Position numbers and translations under genes: made by a program. Positions 27,193 to 38,178 of a stretch of DNA of 64,000 nt are shown in pieces. Location: positions 480,001 through 544,000 of the forward strand of contig CALSNU010000002.1 in assembly GCA_943787795.1 (NCBI GenBank). Reading direction: 5' to 3'. Below the pieces are notes generated by a model. That model had not been told where the DNA came from. It made no database searches and was given only the letters and a program-made list of their open reading frames with translations. The stretch comes from an uncultured bacterium. Lineage in GTDB: Bacteria > Planctomycetota > UBA1135 > GCA-002686595. Within the stretch, counting starts at the first letter, position 1; the number at the start of each line of letters is the position of its first letter.

Positions 27193-29574
27193 TCAGCGGT
27201 CGCGCCCGTCGGCGTATCCGATCTGCTCAAGCTGCTGCTGCCCCTGGGCGCCAACGCCGAGGATCAGGGGCGGCCGCGATTCGACCGCGTCCTCGACCAG
27301 CTCGCGGATCCGACGCTCGCTGCTCAGGTCGTCCGCCGGACGCATGCCCGCCAGATCCCGCTGCTGCGCTGGATCTCCGATCACGTCGTAGACGCGCAGG
27401 TCGCCCTCCGCGGCGGGCGACGAGCCGAGCGGGTCGTCCTCCGAGGGGCGCACGCGCAGATGAGTCGTGGAGGAACCGCGACGGAGCCCATAGAGCTGCT
27501 GATAGCGGGCCTTGCCCCAGACACCCTTCGTGGTCTCGAAGAGCGCCTCGTCGGGCAGCTGATCCTCGACCAGCTGAATCTGGAGGCCGGGTGTCCGCAG
27601 GCTCGCTCCTGCCAGGTCCGCGAGGGTGGTCGGGACGTGGCGATTGGAGACCACGCCGACTCGGCGCCCGGCAGGGATACCGGGGCCGCGCATGACCAGC
27701 GGGGCCCGTACGAGCTCGTCGAAGACCTCGTGGCCGTGGCCGTGCCGACCGTGCTCGAAGAGCTCCTCCCCGTGGTCCGAGGTGAAGACCACGATGGTCC
27801 GCTCGGAGAGGTCCAGGCGGTCGAGCTCGTCCAGGAGCACGCCGAACCAACGGTCGCCTGTGGCGACGCTCGCGTCATAGAGCTGGCTCGAGTACTCGCT
27901 GATCTCCGGCGTCGGAGCAGGGTCGGAGGGGACGCCGTCGAGGCCCCGCTCCGGCCAGCCGGCGGGGGGGAGCGGGAGCTCCAGCCGCGCCGCCTCCGCG
28001 GGATGAGGCCGGTGCGGCGTGTGGGGGTCGACGAGGTGCAGGTAGAGGAAGAACCGCACCGGCGCGTGGGTCTCCAGCCACTGGAGAGCAGCGGGCATGA
28101 CCTCATCGGACATACGGAACTTGGGCACCTCGACCTCGAAGGTCTCGAAGCCCTGGTCGAAGTAGCGATTGGGCTCGACGATGGGGTTGCCCACAAAGGC
28201 CGCGGTGCTGTAGCCGCGCGCCTGAAGAGCCTCGGCCAGGGTGGGCAGGCGCTGGCTCAGAGTGCACGCCTTGGAGCTCTTGACGCCGTGCGAGTCGGGG
28301 AGCCGCCCGGTGAACAGAGACGCCGTGGACGGCCAGGTCCAGCTGGAGGTCGTGTAGGCGTCCTCGAACACGAGCCCCTCGCGGGCGAAGGCATCCAGCC
28401 TGGGCGTCGTCCGCCGCTCATAGCCGTAGAGGCCGAGGCGGTCGCGCCGCAGGGTGTCCATCACCACGTAGACGATGTTGGGGGCGTCCGGCGTGGCCAA
28501 GCGCCGGGGCTCACGGAACTCCTTCTCCAGCGTCACGCCCCCGAACCCAAGCTGGAGGCCCTCGGCGCCGAGCCCCTCGAGGAGCACCCGCTCCTCCTCC
28601 GAGTCCCACAGCAAGGCCGTCTCGAAGCGGAGGGATTCACCGCCGGTCACCGGCACCCCTGGACCGTCGGGGCCCGCGACGTGGCGCCAGCGGAAGACGC
28701 TCGTGTCCCAAACCCCCGCTGGCATGCGGCGGTGCTCGACCACCTCGGACCAGGCCTCGACGCCCTCCACGAGGATCCGGTAGCGCACCTTCAGGGCGTC
28801 CAGCTCGCGGGGCAGTCGCTGGACGACGGACCCGTCAGCACCCACCGAGGCCATCAGCCGGACCGAGCCGGCGGAGGCGGGCACCGTCATGGCCTGCGCA
28901 GCAGGCGGCGGCATGATGAGCGCGGGCTTGTCCCCGGTGTCGGTCTGCTGGTCCACCGCTGGCGTGAGCACCCCGACTCCTGGCTCGGCACCGGGGCGAG
29001 CTTGCAGTGTCTGGAAGAGATCGGGCGCCGCCACGAGGTCATAGAGCACGACCCGCACCGGGATGCCGGGGCTGTCCGCCTGAACGCGCGAGGCAGCCCA
29101 CCAGATGGGGCTGACTCCGAGCACCACACCAGCGACCAGCGCCACGCGCCCACGGAGACCGAGCGCGTCCACGGCGAACAGCCCTGCTGCGAGGAGCACG
29201 GCGGCGCCGATGCTCCCGGAGGTGAAGCCAACCGTGCCGCCGGGGAACCCCGAGAGGAAGGTCAGCATGAGCAAGGCCACCACAGCGCACACCGCCGCCC
29301 GCACCAGCCGCCTGCCAGTGCGCCGGCCGGCGGTCACCATGAGCATCCCCAGGGTGGTCGCGAAGAGCGCCTCGGCGAGGTGGTCCACCCAGCCGGTCGC
29401 GAGGGCCACCTGCTCGATGCTGCGAGCCTGATCGCCCAGCCGCGCGGGGACCGCGGCGATCTGCAGGGCGCCGCCGATCAGCGCCGCCAGCCCCCCGAGG
29501 AGGAAGGCGCCTGGAAACACCTCCAGGAAGACGTTGGGCCCACCAGAATCCGAGGTCGTGTGCGAGCCTTCCAT
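27193..29574 (-). CDS. Membrane-anchored sulfatase-like / alkaline phosphatase superfamily protein
   Basis: N-terminal transmembrane bundle; PNIVYVVMDTLRRD, SSWTWPSTASLFTG, DPHTPH, TSDHGEE. Confidence 0.85.
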   Translation of the reverse strand: MEGSHTTSDSGGPNVFLEVFPGAFLLGGLAALIGGALQIAAVPARLGDQARSIEQVALATGWVDHLAEALFATTLGMLMVTAGRRTGRRLVRAAVCAVVALLMLTFLSGFPGGTVGFTSGSIGAAVLLAAGLFAVDALGLRGRVALVAGVVLGVSPIWWAASRVQADSPGIPVRVVLYDLVAAPDLFQTLQARPGAEPGVGVLTPAVDQQTDTGDKPALIMPPPAAQAMTVPASAGSVRLMASVGADGSVVQRLPRELDALKVRYRILVEGVEAWSEVVEHRRMPAGVWDTSVFRWRHVAGPDGPGVPVTGGESLRFETALLWDSEEERVLLEGLGAEGLQLGFGGVTLEKEFREPRRLATPDAPNIVYVVMDTLRRDRLGLYGYERRTTPRLDAFAREGLVFEDAYTTSSWTWPSTASLFTGRLPDSHGVKSSKACTLSQRLPTLAEALQARGYSTAAFVGNPIVEPNRYFDQGFETFEVEVPKFRMSDEVMPAALQWLETHAPVRFFLYLHLVDPHTPHRPHPAEAARLELPLPPAGWPERGLDGVPSDPAPTPEISEYSSQLYDASVATGDRWFGVLLDELDRLDLSERTIVVFTSDHGEELFEHGRHGHGHEVFDELVRAPLVMRGPGIPAGRRVGVVSNRHVPTTLADLAGASLRTPGLQIQLVEDQLPDEALFETTKGVWGKARYQQLYGLRRGSSTTHLRVRPSEDDPLGSSPAAEGDLRVYDVIGDPAQQRDLAGMRPADDLSSERRIRELVEDAVESRPPLILGVGAQGQQQLEQIGYADGRDR

Positions 29575-29661
29575 CGGGTGGAGGGTACCAGTCCACTCCC
29601 GCGCCAATCCCGCCTGAGGGCCTTGAAGAACCCCTTCGGCACGCAATTAGTCTACTCTAGA

Positions 29662-31566
29662 TTATTTTACTTCCGTGTATTCTCCGCCGGAGTCCTCCGC
29701 GATCCCCTTCAAGAAGGAGCTCGCCGCCCCGATGGAGATGCAGTGGATCCGGATGCCGCGGACCGAATTCCAGCGCTCGACCTCCTCGCGGATCGCGACC
29801 GGATCCCCGTTCGGAATGCCGTCGGTGAGCAGGTAAATGGTGTCCACGATCTGGTCCTCGAAGGCCGCCGCGAGGCCCTCGTAGGCGTTGGTTCCCCCAC
29901 CTGCTCGCAGGCCCTCGACATAGAGCATCGAGTCCTCGCGGAGCGACTCGTCCATCTCGATCAAGACCTCCTCCATCGGGAGGGCGTTGTCGGCGAACGG
30001 GATGACGTTGAAGAGCGCCCCATCGCGGATGCGCTTGATGACGCCGTTGATCTGCTCTTTCGCGATGTCCAGCCGGGTCTTGCCGTCCTTGACCTTGGTG
30101 GTCATCGAACCGGACGTATCCACCACGAGGGCGAAGTGGTTCGAGATCACCGTCAGCCCGTAGAAGGACACCGCGGACATGCCCTCCTCGCTCTGGTTCG
30201 CCGCGAGCTCGGCCGCGACCTTGCGGGCCTCCTCGAGGGTGGGCATCTGGAAGCCCTCACCCTTGTCCCTCCAGAAGCTCCTCCACGACCCGACCCTGAA
30301 GCCCAGGTCCATCCCGGTCATCATCGTCAGCACGAAGTGGGCGTCGCCCCGGAGCCGCCCGTTCTCGCGGGAGAGGCACTCGATCAACGGCAAGATGGAG
30401 TCCACCTCGCGCCGCCGCCCGGTCTGGCGGATCGCCTCTGCGCGGACCGAGACGTCCTCGTCCTCGAGCAAGGCGTGCAAGGCGCCGAGCGCGTCCGGTC
30501 CCGAGCTCTCCGCGAGGAAGATCGCCGCGGCCTGACGGGCGACCGGGTCGGAGGAACGCGAGAGGCCCACCGCGCCCTTGCCGTTCGAGGTGGCTCGGAG
30601 GACCACGAGCAGGGCGAGGCGGCGAACGGCTGGATCTCGATCCTTGGTCAGCCTCGTCACCGCCGGCAGGCTCTCGGTGCCACCGCGGGTCGCCATGGCA
30701 TCCAGCGCGTAGTAGCGCAGCCGCGGGTCCTTGATCTGAAGCCCGCGGTAGAGCACCTGCTCGACCCCCTCATCCAGCGTCTGGCTCGTCCCGAAGGGAT
30801 GGGCCGCCATCGCGCGCAGGATGGTCTGGCGCATCTGATAGGTGCCCTTCTTGGACCCGACGTACCTGGCCATCCGCTTGAGCGCGTCCAGCTCACGGAA
30901 GGAGGCGAGCACGGCACAGGCCTGAGCCTGGGTACCGGAGCGTGGGGTGACCCAGGACTCGAGCACCAGGTCGAGCAGCTCCAGCTCACCGCGCTCGAGG
31001 ATCTCGGCCTGAAGTCCCCGCAAGGCAGCGGCACGCGACCCCGGGAGCTTGCCCTCCTTTGCAAGTTCGATGAGCGCCTCGGTGGCGCTGGCGCCGAAGC
31101 TCGCCAGAGCGTTCGCTGCCTGGGGCGCCTCCACCTTGTCGCGCCCCTTCGCGGCCCGCAGCGTGAGCCGAATCGCCTTGGGCCCGAGCTCCGCATCCGG
31201 GAGGAAGTGGCGCATGGCGCGGAAGATCGCGCGGAACCGGCCGACCGACTTGACCTGCGAGAGGGATCGCTCGAGCACGCCAAAAGACTGGGCCGTCCCG
31301 AGGACCCCGAGCTCCTCGAAGAGCGCGACCGGGGTCTTGTCCCCCTCCCGCCGGATGGTCGAGGAGATCTCCACCGCCCGATTCTGGGGCGCAGCGGCAG
31401 CGGCGCCGGAGGTCATGGAGCACGCCAGCAGGAGCCCCACCACCCACCGCCGGGAGCTCAGCAGGCGCCTGAGGGCTCCCGACCAGGGGCTCTCCGGGGA
31501 GTTCAGTTGGATCGAATGCATCGGCCGAGGAACGCCGTCTTGGCTGAGGCGGCTCCACGCGTCCAT
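29662..31566 (-). CDS. HEAT-repeat + VWA domain protein
   Basis: HEAT-like repeats (DPAVRRLA, DEDVSVRAEA); VWA MIDAS DTSGSM, GGTN and LLTDG. Start uncertain. Confidence 0.85.
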   Translation of the reverse strand: MDAWSRLSQDGVPRPMHSIQLNSPESPWSGALRRLLSSRRWVVGLLLACSMTSGAAAAAPQNRAVEISSTIRREGDKTPVALFEELGVLGTAQSFGVLERSLSQVKSVGRFRAIFRAMRHFLPDAELGPKAIRLTLRAAKGRDKVEAPQAANALASFGASATEALIELAKEGKLPGSRAAALRGLQAEILERGELELLDLVLESWVTPRSGTQAQACAVLASFRELDALKRMARYVGSKKGTYQMRQTILRAMAAHPFGTSQTLDEGVEQVLYRGLQIKDPRLRYYALDAMATRGGTESLPAVTRLTKDRDPAVRRLALLVVLRATSNGKGAVGLSRSSDPVARQAAAIFLAESSGPDALGALHALLEDEDVSVRAEAIRQTGRRREVDSILPLIECLSRENGRLRGDAHFVLTMMTGMDLGFRVGSWRSFWRDKGEGFQMPTLEEARKVAAELAANQSEEGMSAVSFYGLTVISNHFALVVDTSGSMTTKVKDGKTRLDIAKEQINGVIKRIRDGALFNVIPFADNALPMEEVLIEMDESLREDSMLYVEGLRAGGGTNAYEGLAAAFEDQIVDTIYLLTDGIPNGDPVAIREEVERWNSVRGIRIHCISIGAASSFLKGIAEDSGGEYTEVK

Positions 31567-31672
31567 CGTACCGGAGGCGCGCGCAGCGTTGGCGAGGCCC
31601 GTTGGGACCCGATTCGGGTTCAGTGGCGGAGGCCATCTGGACGACCACTATCCCGCACCCGCGTGCACGACC

Positions 31673-32212
31673 ATGACCGAGTCTGACCCCATCGACGACC
31701 CGCTTGAGCCCTCCGGCCCCTCCACAGGCACGGGGCGGCCCCAGTTCCGGCTCGTGGCCGCGGACCCCACCGCGGATTCGGTCCGCGGCGGGTCCCCCGA
31801 TGAGACCGCAGGCGAGACCGAGTCCAAGGGCGCCGAGAGCGGCTGGGCGGAGGTCTCGAAGTACCTGCTGATCAACGGCGAGCCCTGGACGTCCAGGTGG
31901 GCCAAGGCTCCCGAGGGCTACGTGCGTGTCAAGGCCTCCATCCCCCTCGTGGCCTCCCTGGCGAGGATCAGGAGCCGCTCAGATGCCGCACTGGCGCTGA
32001 CGATGGTGATCGAGACGCTTTACGTGGACTTCCACGTCCAGCTGCCCTGCGGGGCCCTCGACGACGCCGAGATCGCGTTCCTGCTGCCCGAGACCTGTGA
32101 TCCGGAGATCGTCGCCGAGGCGATTGATCGGTCCCTGGAGACCCAGGTCCGCGCCACGGACCTTCAGGGTGGAATGCGGGACCGCACGAAATCGCGGGTC
32201 TGCTCCATCTGA
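31673..32212 (+). CDS. Hypothetical protein, possibly degenerate GGDEF-like
   Basis: GC3-rich ORF from ATG 31673; ALDDAEIAFLLPET loosely resembles the GGDEF signature region. Confidence 0.55.
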   Translation: MTESDPIDDPLEPSGPSTGTGRPQFRLVAADPTADSVRGGSPDETAGETESKGAESGWAEVSKYLLINGEPWTSRWAKAPEGYVRVKASIPLVASLARIRSRSDAALALTMVIETLYVDFHVQLPCGALDDAEIAFLLPETCDPEIVAEAIDRSLETQVRATDLQGGMRDRTKSRVCSI

Positions 32213-32417
32213 CGGGCTAAGCCGCCCTCGAGTGCCTCCCCGAGGGCCATTCGGGCGAATCCCCACCGCAGGCCGAGGGCATTTCAGTGCCCCAAACGGC
32301 GTCCGGATGATGTTCCGGTCCCGATGCCGTGGCTTCTGTTCGGATGGGTGGTCATCTGAGCCAGGGTCGGACCTATCCTCTCCTGCGATTTTCTGGCGCC
32401 CACGCCCAAGCCCAACG

Positions 32418-34295
32418 ATGACTCCGCCGACCGCCCAAGACACCTCCGCAGGTGAGCTCCCCCTCCAGCAGCTCGACCGCGTTGTCATCCGCTTCGCCGG
32501 GGACTCCGGCGACGGGATGCAGGTGACGGGGAACCAGTTCACGCGCACCAGCGCGCTGTTCGGGAACGACCTCGCGACCCTGCCCGACTTCCCCGCCGAG
32601 ATCCGGGCGCCAGTGGGCACGCGGCCCGGCGTGTCGGGCTTCCAGCTCCAGTTCAGCTCCTCGGACATCCACACGCCCGGCGACCAGCCCGACGTGCTCG
32701 TCGCGATGAACCCCGCGGCGCTGATGGTCAACGTGAACGCCCTGAAGAAGGGCGGCATCGTGATCGTCAACACCGACGCCTTCAAGGCGACGGACCTGAA
32801 GAAGGCGAAGTGCGACACCAACCCCCTCGAGGACGGGACCCTCGACGGCTTCCGGGTCATCGAGGTCGGGATCAACTCCCGCGTCTCCGAGGCGCTGGCG
32901 GACTCGCCGCTCTCCAACAAGGACAAGCAGCGCTGCAAGAACTTCTACACCCTGGGCCTGATGTACTGGGTGTACAGCCGCCCGCTCGAGCCGACGCTCG
33001 AGTGGCTGGAGGAGAAGTTCAAGGGCAAGGACGACCTCATCGCCGCCAACCAGACGGCGCTGAAGGCGGGGTACAACGCGGGGGACATCCGCGAGCTCTT
33101 CCAGGGCCAGTACGAGGTCCCCAAGGCGACGCTCCAGTCGGGCACGTACCGCAACGTCATGGGCAACCAGGCCCTGGCCATCGGCCTGGTCGCTGGCGCA
33201 AAGCTCGCCGGCCTCAAGCCGGTGTATTGCTCGTACCCGATCACCCCGGCGTCGAGCGTCCTGGAGTTCCTCGCGGGCTACAAGAACCACGGCGTCGTGA
33301 CGATCCAGTCCGAGGACGAGATCGCCGCGATCTGCTCGGCCATCGGCGCCTCCTTCGCCGGGAGCCTCGGCATGACCGGGACCTCCGGGCCCGGCATGGC
33401 CCTCAAGGGTGAGGCCATGGGGCTCGCGATCTCCACCGAGCTGCCCCTTGTCATCGTCGACGTCCAGCGCGCCGGCCCGTCCACCGGGATGCCGACCAAG
33501 GTCGAGCAGTCCGACCTCCTGAGCAGCATCTTCGGCCGCAACGGGGACGCGCCCATGCCGGTCGTCGCCATCAGCAAGCCCAGCGACGCCTTCGAGCTGA
33601 CCATCGACGCCTGCCGCATCGCGGTGCAGTACATGACGCCCGTCATCCTGCTCTCCGACAACTTCATCGCCAATGGCGCCGAGCCGTGGTCGCTCCCCGA
33701 CCTCGACTCGCTGGAGCCGTTCCCCGTGGAGTTCACGGCCGAGAAGGGCGAGGACTTCCAGTCCTTCGGACGCGACGAGAAGCTCGCGCGCCCCTGGGTC
33801 AAGCCCGGCACGCCCGGCATGGAGTTCCGGATCGGCGGCCTGGAGAAGGCCCCGAGCAGCAACATCAGCTACGACCCGGACAACCACCAGGCGATGACGG
33901 ACATCCGTCACCAGAAGGTCCGGAACGTGGCCGACTCCATCCCGACCCCCGAGGTCGACGGCGCCGACTCCGGTGACCTGCTCGTCCTGGGCTGGGGTTC
34001 CACCGTCGGCATCCTGCGTCAGGCCGTGGACAATGCCCGCGCCAAGGGGCAGAGCGTCTCGCGGATCCACCTGACCCATGTTTGGCCGCTGCCGCACGGG
34101 CTCGACGAGATCTTCTCGCGCTTCAAGTCCGTCATCGTCCCTGAGATGAACGTGGCGCAGATGACCTATCTGCTGCGCGGCGAGCTCCCGGACCACGACT
34201 ACATCCCCTTCAACAAGGTCACCGGCCAGCCCTTCCTCGTCGCCGAGGTCGAAGCCGAGATCAAGCGCGTCCTCGACGAGCGCGCGGGAGCCTGA
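32418..34295 (+). CDS. korA: 2-oxoacid:ferredoxin oxidoreductase alpha subunit (gamma-alpha fusion)
   Basis: RFAGDSGDGMQ, SYPITPAS, QSEDEIAA, TSGPG, QRAGPSTGMPTK. Confidence 0.95.
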   Translation: MTPPTAQDTSAGELPLQQLDRVVIRFAGDSGDGMQVTGNQFTRTSALFGNDLATLPDFPAEIRAPVGTRPGVSGFQLQFSSSDIHTPGDQPDVLVAMNPAALMVNVNALKKGGIVIVNTDAFKATDLKKAKCDTNPLEDGTLDGFRVIEVGINSRVSEALADSPLSNKDKQRCKNFYTLGLMYWVYSRPLEPTLEWLEEKFKGKDDLIAANQTALKAGYNAGDIRELFQGQYEVPKATLQSGTYRNVMGNQALAIGLVAGAKLAGLKPVYCSYPITPASSVLEFLAGYKNHGVVTIQSEDEIAAICSAIGASFAGSLGMTGTSGPGMALKGEAMGLAISTELPLVIVDVQRAGPSTGMPTKVEQSDLLSSIFGRNGDAPMPVVAISKPSDAFELTIDACRIAVQYMTPVILLSDNFIANGAEPWSLPDLDSLEPFPVEFTAEKGEDFQSFGRDEKLARPWVKPGTPGMEFRIGGLEKAPSSNISYDPDNHQAMTDIRHQKVRNVADSIPTPEVDGADSGDLLVLGWGSTVGILRQAVDNARAKGQSVSRIHLTHVWPLPHGLDEIFSRFKSVIVPEMNVAQMTYLLRGELPDHDYIPFNKVTGQPFLVAEVEAEIKRVLDERAGA

Positions 34296-34309
34296 GGAGG
34301 ACCACAAAC

Positions 34310-35314
<1,005 letters not shown>

Positions 35315-35335
35315 ACCCTCGGTGCATGCACCAAA

Positions 35336-35378
35336 GCAAACGGCGCGCCCCCCGCAATGCGGGTGGCGCGCCGTTTGC
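35336..35378. terminator. Bidirectional terminator-like hairpin
   Basis: GCAAACGGCGCGCC...GGCGCGCCGTTTGC long stem between convergent genes. Confidence 0.8.
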
Positions 35379-35398
35379 GTCCGTGAGTTCAGCTGAAC

Positions 35399-35683
35399 TC
35401 AGTCCTCGTCGCCGCTCTTGCGGGTGAAGCCGGGGAACGGGCCGGCGGCGTCGATGGGGTTACCGCCGCTCCAGTACTCGATCGTGTTGAAGACGAGCAC
35501 GTCGCCCATGTAGGCGAACCCGTAGACCGGGATGATGTTCATCCCGATGAAGAGGGCCTCGTTCACAACATCCGAGTCAGAGACCTCGGCGTTCCAGTTG
35601 TTGATCGAGTTGAAGGCGTTGTTCGGGCCGAGGCAGCCGGTGGCGCCGAGCGTGAGCGCGGCGGCAGCGATGAGCTTCTTCAT
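35399..35683 (-). CDS. DUF3332-family small lipoprotein
   Basis: Lipobox ATGC; VVNEALFI, IIPVYG, DVLVFNTIEYWSGGNP. Confidence 0.8.
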   Translation of the reverse strand: MKKLIAAAALTLGATGCLGPNNAFNSINNWNAEVSDSDVVNEALFIGMNIIPVYGFAYMGDVLVFNTIEYWSGGNPIDAAGPFPGFTRKSGDED

Positions 35684-35781
35684 GGTGTATTGACTGGCTA
35701 GTGGGGGATTGAAAGCGTCCAGCGATCAGGCCGTTGACGCAAACGAAGCGTCGACTCTGGCGCCTGACGCGGCGTCAGATG

Positions 35782-38178
35782 CTATCGGCCATCTTCGATG
35801 ACGAGAAGGTTTGAAAGCCCGTTCCCGAAGCGCTCGAAGTCCCTGAACGTCCATTCCACCCGAAAGTCCGGCCCCAATTCGATGGCCTGGGGCTGCTGGT
35901 CGCCCGCGTGACAGTTCCCCAGCACCAGATGGCCATCCTCGAGCTCCTGGACGGTCGTGACCCAGGCGAGCTCGATCCCGTCGAGGTCCTCTGACCCCTT
36001 TCGCCAGCGAACGTCGCCTTCCGGGGAGACGCAGAGCAGGCTGCTCCCGTTCCCCGTCGTGACCAGCGTGTCTCCATCGGCCCGCCGGATCGCCTGGAAG
36101 CACTGGTTCCCGTGCCCCTCGGGCCCATGACCCGCCGCCCTCTCCTGACCGAACAGCGGCACCTCGAAGGTCCACACGACCGCTCCGCTGCGGTCGTACT
36201 CGCGGACCACCCCGTCGTTCTCGTGGGCGACCAGGAAGGTCCCCTTCGGCGTCACCCGCACGAGCCGCGTGTCGTGGTGGGGGTCAGGCCGCTCGAGCGT
36301 CAGCGCGATGGTGCCCGTCAGCTCGCCGGCCCCGTTCACGAAGGCGATCCGCCCCCGACCGGACTCGGCCACCATGGTCGTGCCGTCGTCGAGGCGCTGG
36401 AAGGAGTGAATCTCCACCCGCTCACCGTCGGCCGGTCGGGCGTCGTAGGACCAGAGCGTCTCGCCCGTTCGCGTGTCCACCTCGACGATCTTCGTCCAGG
36501 ACTCCTGCACCAGGACGCGGCCGTGACCGTCGCCGGTTTCACCCAGCCACTGCAGGTCGTGCAGCGCCTGAATGGGTCGCTCCCAGAGGACGTCCGGTCG
36601 ACCGATCGCGACCTCACGCAGCAGGACGACGCGCCCCTTGCTCGCGTCAGCGGCGAGGATCCTACGGGGCTGTCCGTTCGCGAACACCTCGGGTGCAGGG
36701 GCTCCGATGGTCACCTTGACCTGCGGCGCCTGCGAAGAGAACCCGTCAGCCTGCGCGGGCGTGACCGAGGTGCCGAAGAGCACGAGGCGTTGCAGGTGTA
36801 CGAGGCGCCCAATGGCGTCCAGTCCCCCGCCTGTGACCCCGGTGGAGTGGAGGTTGAGATACTCGAGGGACGGAGCCCGCTCGGCCACAATGGACATCGC
36901 AACGTCCGTCACGCCTGTGGACTCGAGGTGAAGCCTCGTCAGGCCCTCCATCTCTGGCAGACCGCGGACGGTGGCGTCGGTGACGCCGGATCGCGCGAGG
37001 TCCAGGTTCACCACCCGGCCGGCGATGGGCGCCAGGGCCCTCACCTGGCCGACGCTCGGCGAGGCATCCGAGTGGCGCCAGCTCACGTCCAGCCGCTGCT
37101 GCCCCATCGGGAAGAGGAGGTCCTCCGCGATCGGTTCGATCCGCGCCCCGCTGGCCTCGCGCAGCTCATCCATGCTCGCCGCCTGCTTCTCCTGATCCTC
37201 TGCCGCTTCGCCGAGCAAGACGCGCAGCTCACCCGTGGGCGCTCCGGCCTCGATCCAGCCCTGCAGGGCCTCGATGGCGGCCTTGTCCAGGCCCTTGCCC
37301 TTGGGGGGCATGGCGTCCACGTCGTCCCGGGGCAGCAGGACCCGATAGAGCAGCTCGCTATCTTCGGGGGACTCGAGGTCCACGCCGTCCTCCCAGCCCG
37401 CGAGCTCGTCAAGGCGCAAGCCGCCCTTGGTCTTGTCCTCGTTGTGGCACTCGAAGCAGCGCGCTCGGAACGTGGACACCAGGAGCTCCAGGTCCACGCC
37501 CGCTCCCTCGTTCTCGCCGTGGCCGGACAGCGGGTCGGCGAATCCGGACAGCGGGTCGGCAGCCCCAGCCGGCGCGTCCACAGCGAACGAGCCTGCGCTG
37601 ACGACCCCCACCGGGCTCTCGGTGGGCGTCACCGCCGGCGGTGAGGTCTCGCTCGCGGGATCCTCCAAGCGCGAGGCCTCGCCTCCCTCGGTCAGGTACG
37701 GCGCGAGCCAGGGCGGGGCCGCAGAGGAGAGGAAGGTCCGCCCGTGCGTGATCATCCCCCCGTGGTGACCCGCGGTCCCGATCACGCCCGCGCAGAGCAG
37801 CGCCAGGAACCCGCGGGCGGCCGCCGCCCGGCGGCTCCGCCCCACGAGGTCCAGGGCCACGACCACGGCCGCGAGGATCGCCGCCGCCACGCCCAACCGG
37901 CGGTGCTCATCGACCAGCTCGCTCGAATAGTCGGATCCCTCGCCCAGCAGCCAGCCGCTCGACGCCGCGAAGGCCGCGGAGAGCGCGAGGAGGCCATACA
38001 TCCAACGGCGCGTGCTGCGGGCCCCGGGAGAGACCAGCGCCACGAGCTCCATGAAGAGCGCCGCGACGGTCAATCCGATGGGGAAGTGCAGCAGCACGGG
38101 GTGCAGGCGGGCATAGAACTCGCTCCACTGCTCCGCGCTGAACGCGGCTCCTTCGGCCGCGGCGATGAGTCCGATCAC
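35782..38178 (-). CDS. Multidomain membrane protein: DUF2231-like TM domain, planctomycete cytochrome c, LRR, beta-propeller
   Basis: RLHPVLLHFPIG...H...AGHHGG.ITHG; CFECH...KGGLRLD...MPP; LRR (LxLxxTxVTD); C-terminal propeller-like repeats. GTG start overlaps the upstream TGA. Confidence 0.82.
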   Translation of the reverse strand: MIGLIAAAEGAAFSAEQWSEFYARLHPVLLHFPIGLTVAALFMELVALVSPGARSTRRWMYGLLALSAAFAASSGWLLGEGSDYSSELVDEHRRLGVAAAILAAVVVALDLVGRSRRAAAARGFLALLCAGVIGTAGHHGGMITHGRTFLSSAAPPWLAPYLTEGGEASRLEDPASETSPPAVTPTESPVGVVSAGSFAVDAPAGAADPLSGFADPLSGHGENEGAGVDLELLVSTFRARCFECHNEDKTKGGLRLDELAGWEDGVDLESPEDSELLYRVLLPRDDVDAMPPKGKGLDKAAIEALQGWIEAGAPTGELRVLLGEAAEDQEKQAASMDELREASGARIEPIAEDLLFPMGQQRLDVSWRHSDASPSVGQVRALAPIAGRVVNLDLARSGVTDATVRGLPEMEGLTRLHLESTGVTDVAMSIVAERAPSLEYLNLHSTGVTGGGLDAIGRLVHLQRLVLFGTSVTPAQADGFSSQAPQVKVTIGAPAPEVFANGQPRRILAADASKGRVVLLREVAIGRPDVLWERPIQALHDLQWLGETGDGHGRVLVQESWTKIVEVDTRTGETLWSYDARPADGERVEIHSFQRLDDGTTMVAESGRGRIAFVNGAGELTGTIALTLERPDPHHDTRLVRVTPKGTFLVAHENDGVVREYDRSGAVVWTFEVPLFGQERAAGHGPEGHGNQCFQAIRRADGDTLVTTGNGSSLLCVSPEGDVRWRKGSEDLDGIELAWVTTVQELEDGHLVLGNCHAGDQQPQAIELGPDFRVEWTFRDFERFGNGLSNLLVIEDGR

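Noticed and set aside
27460..31686. 1408-aa plus-strand ORF and similar long ORFs (for example 7434..9521, 11492..14071, 39734..42571)
   Set aside because: These are antisense shadows of well-supported genes, typical of high-GC DNA, with no motifs of their own.
35763..35778. Small palindrome CTGACGC-G-GCGTCAG upstream of the DUF3332 gene
   Set aside because: It is short and GC-rich, and cannot be distinguished from a chance hairpin or weak terminator.
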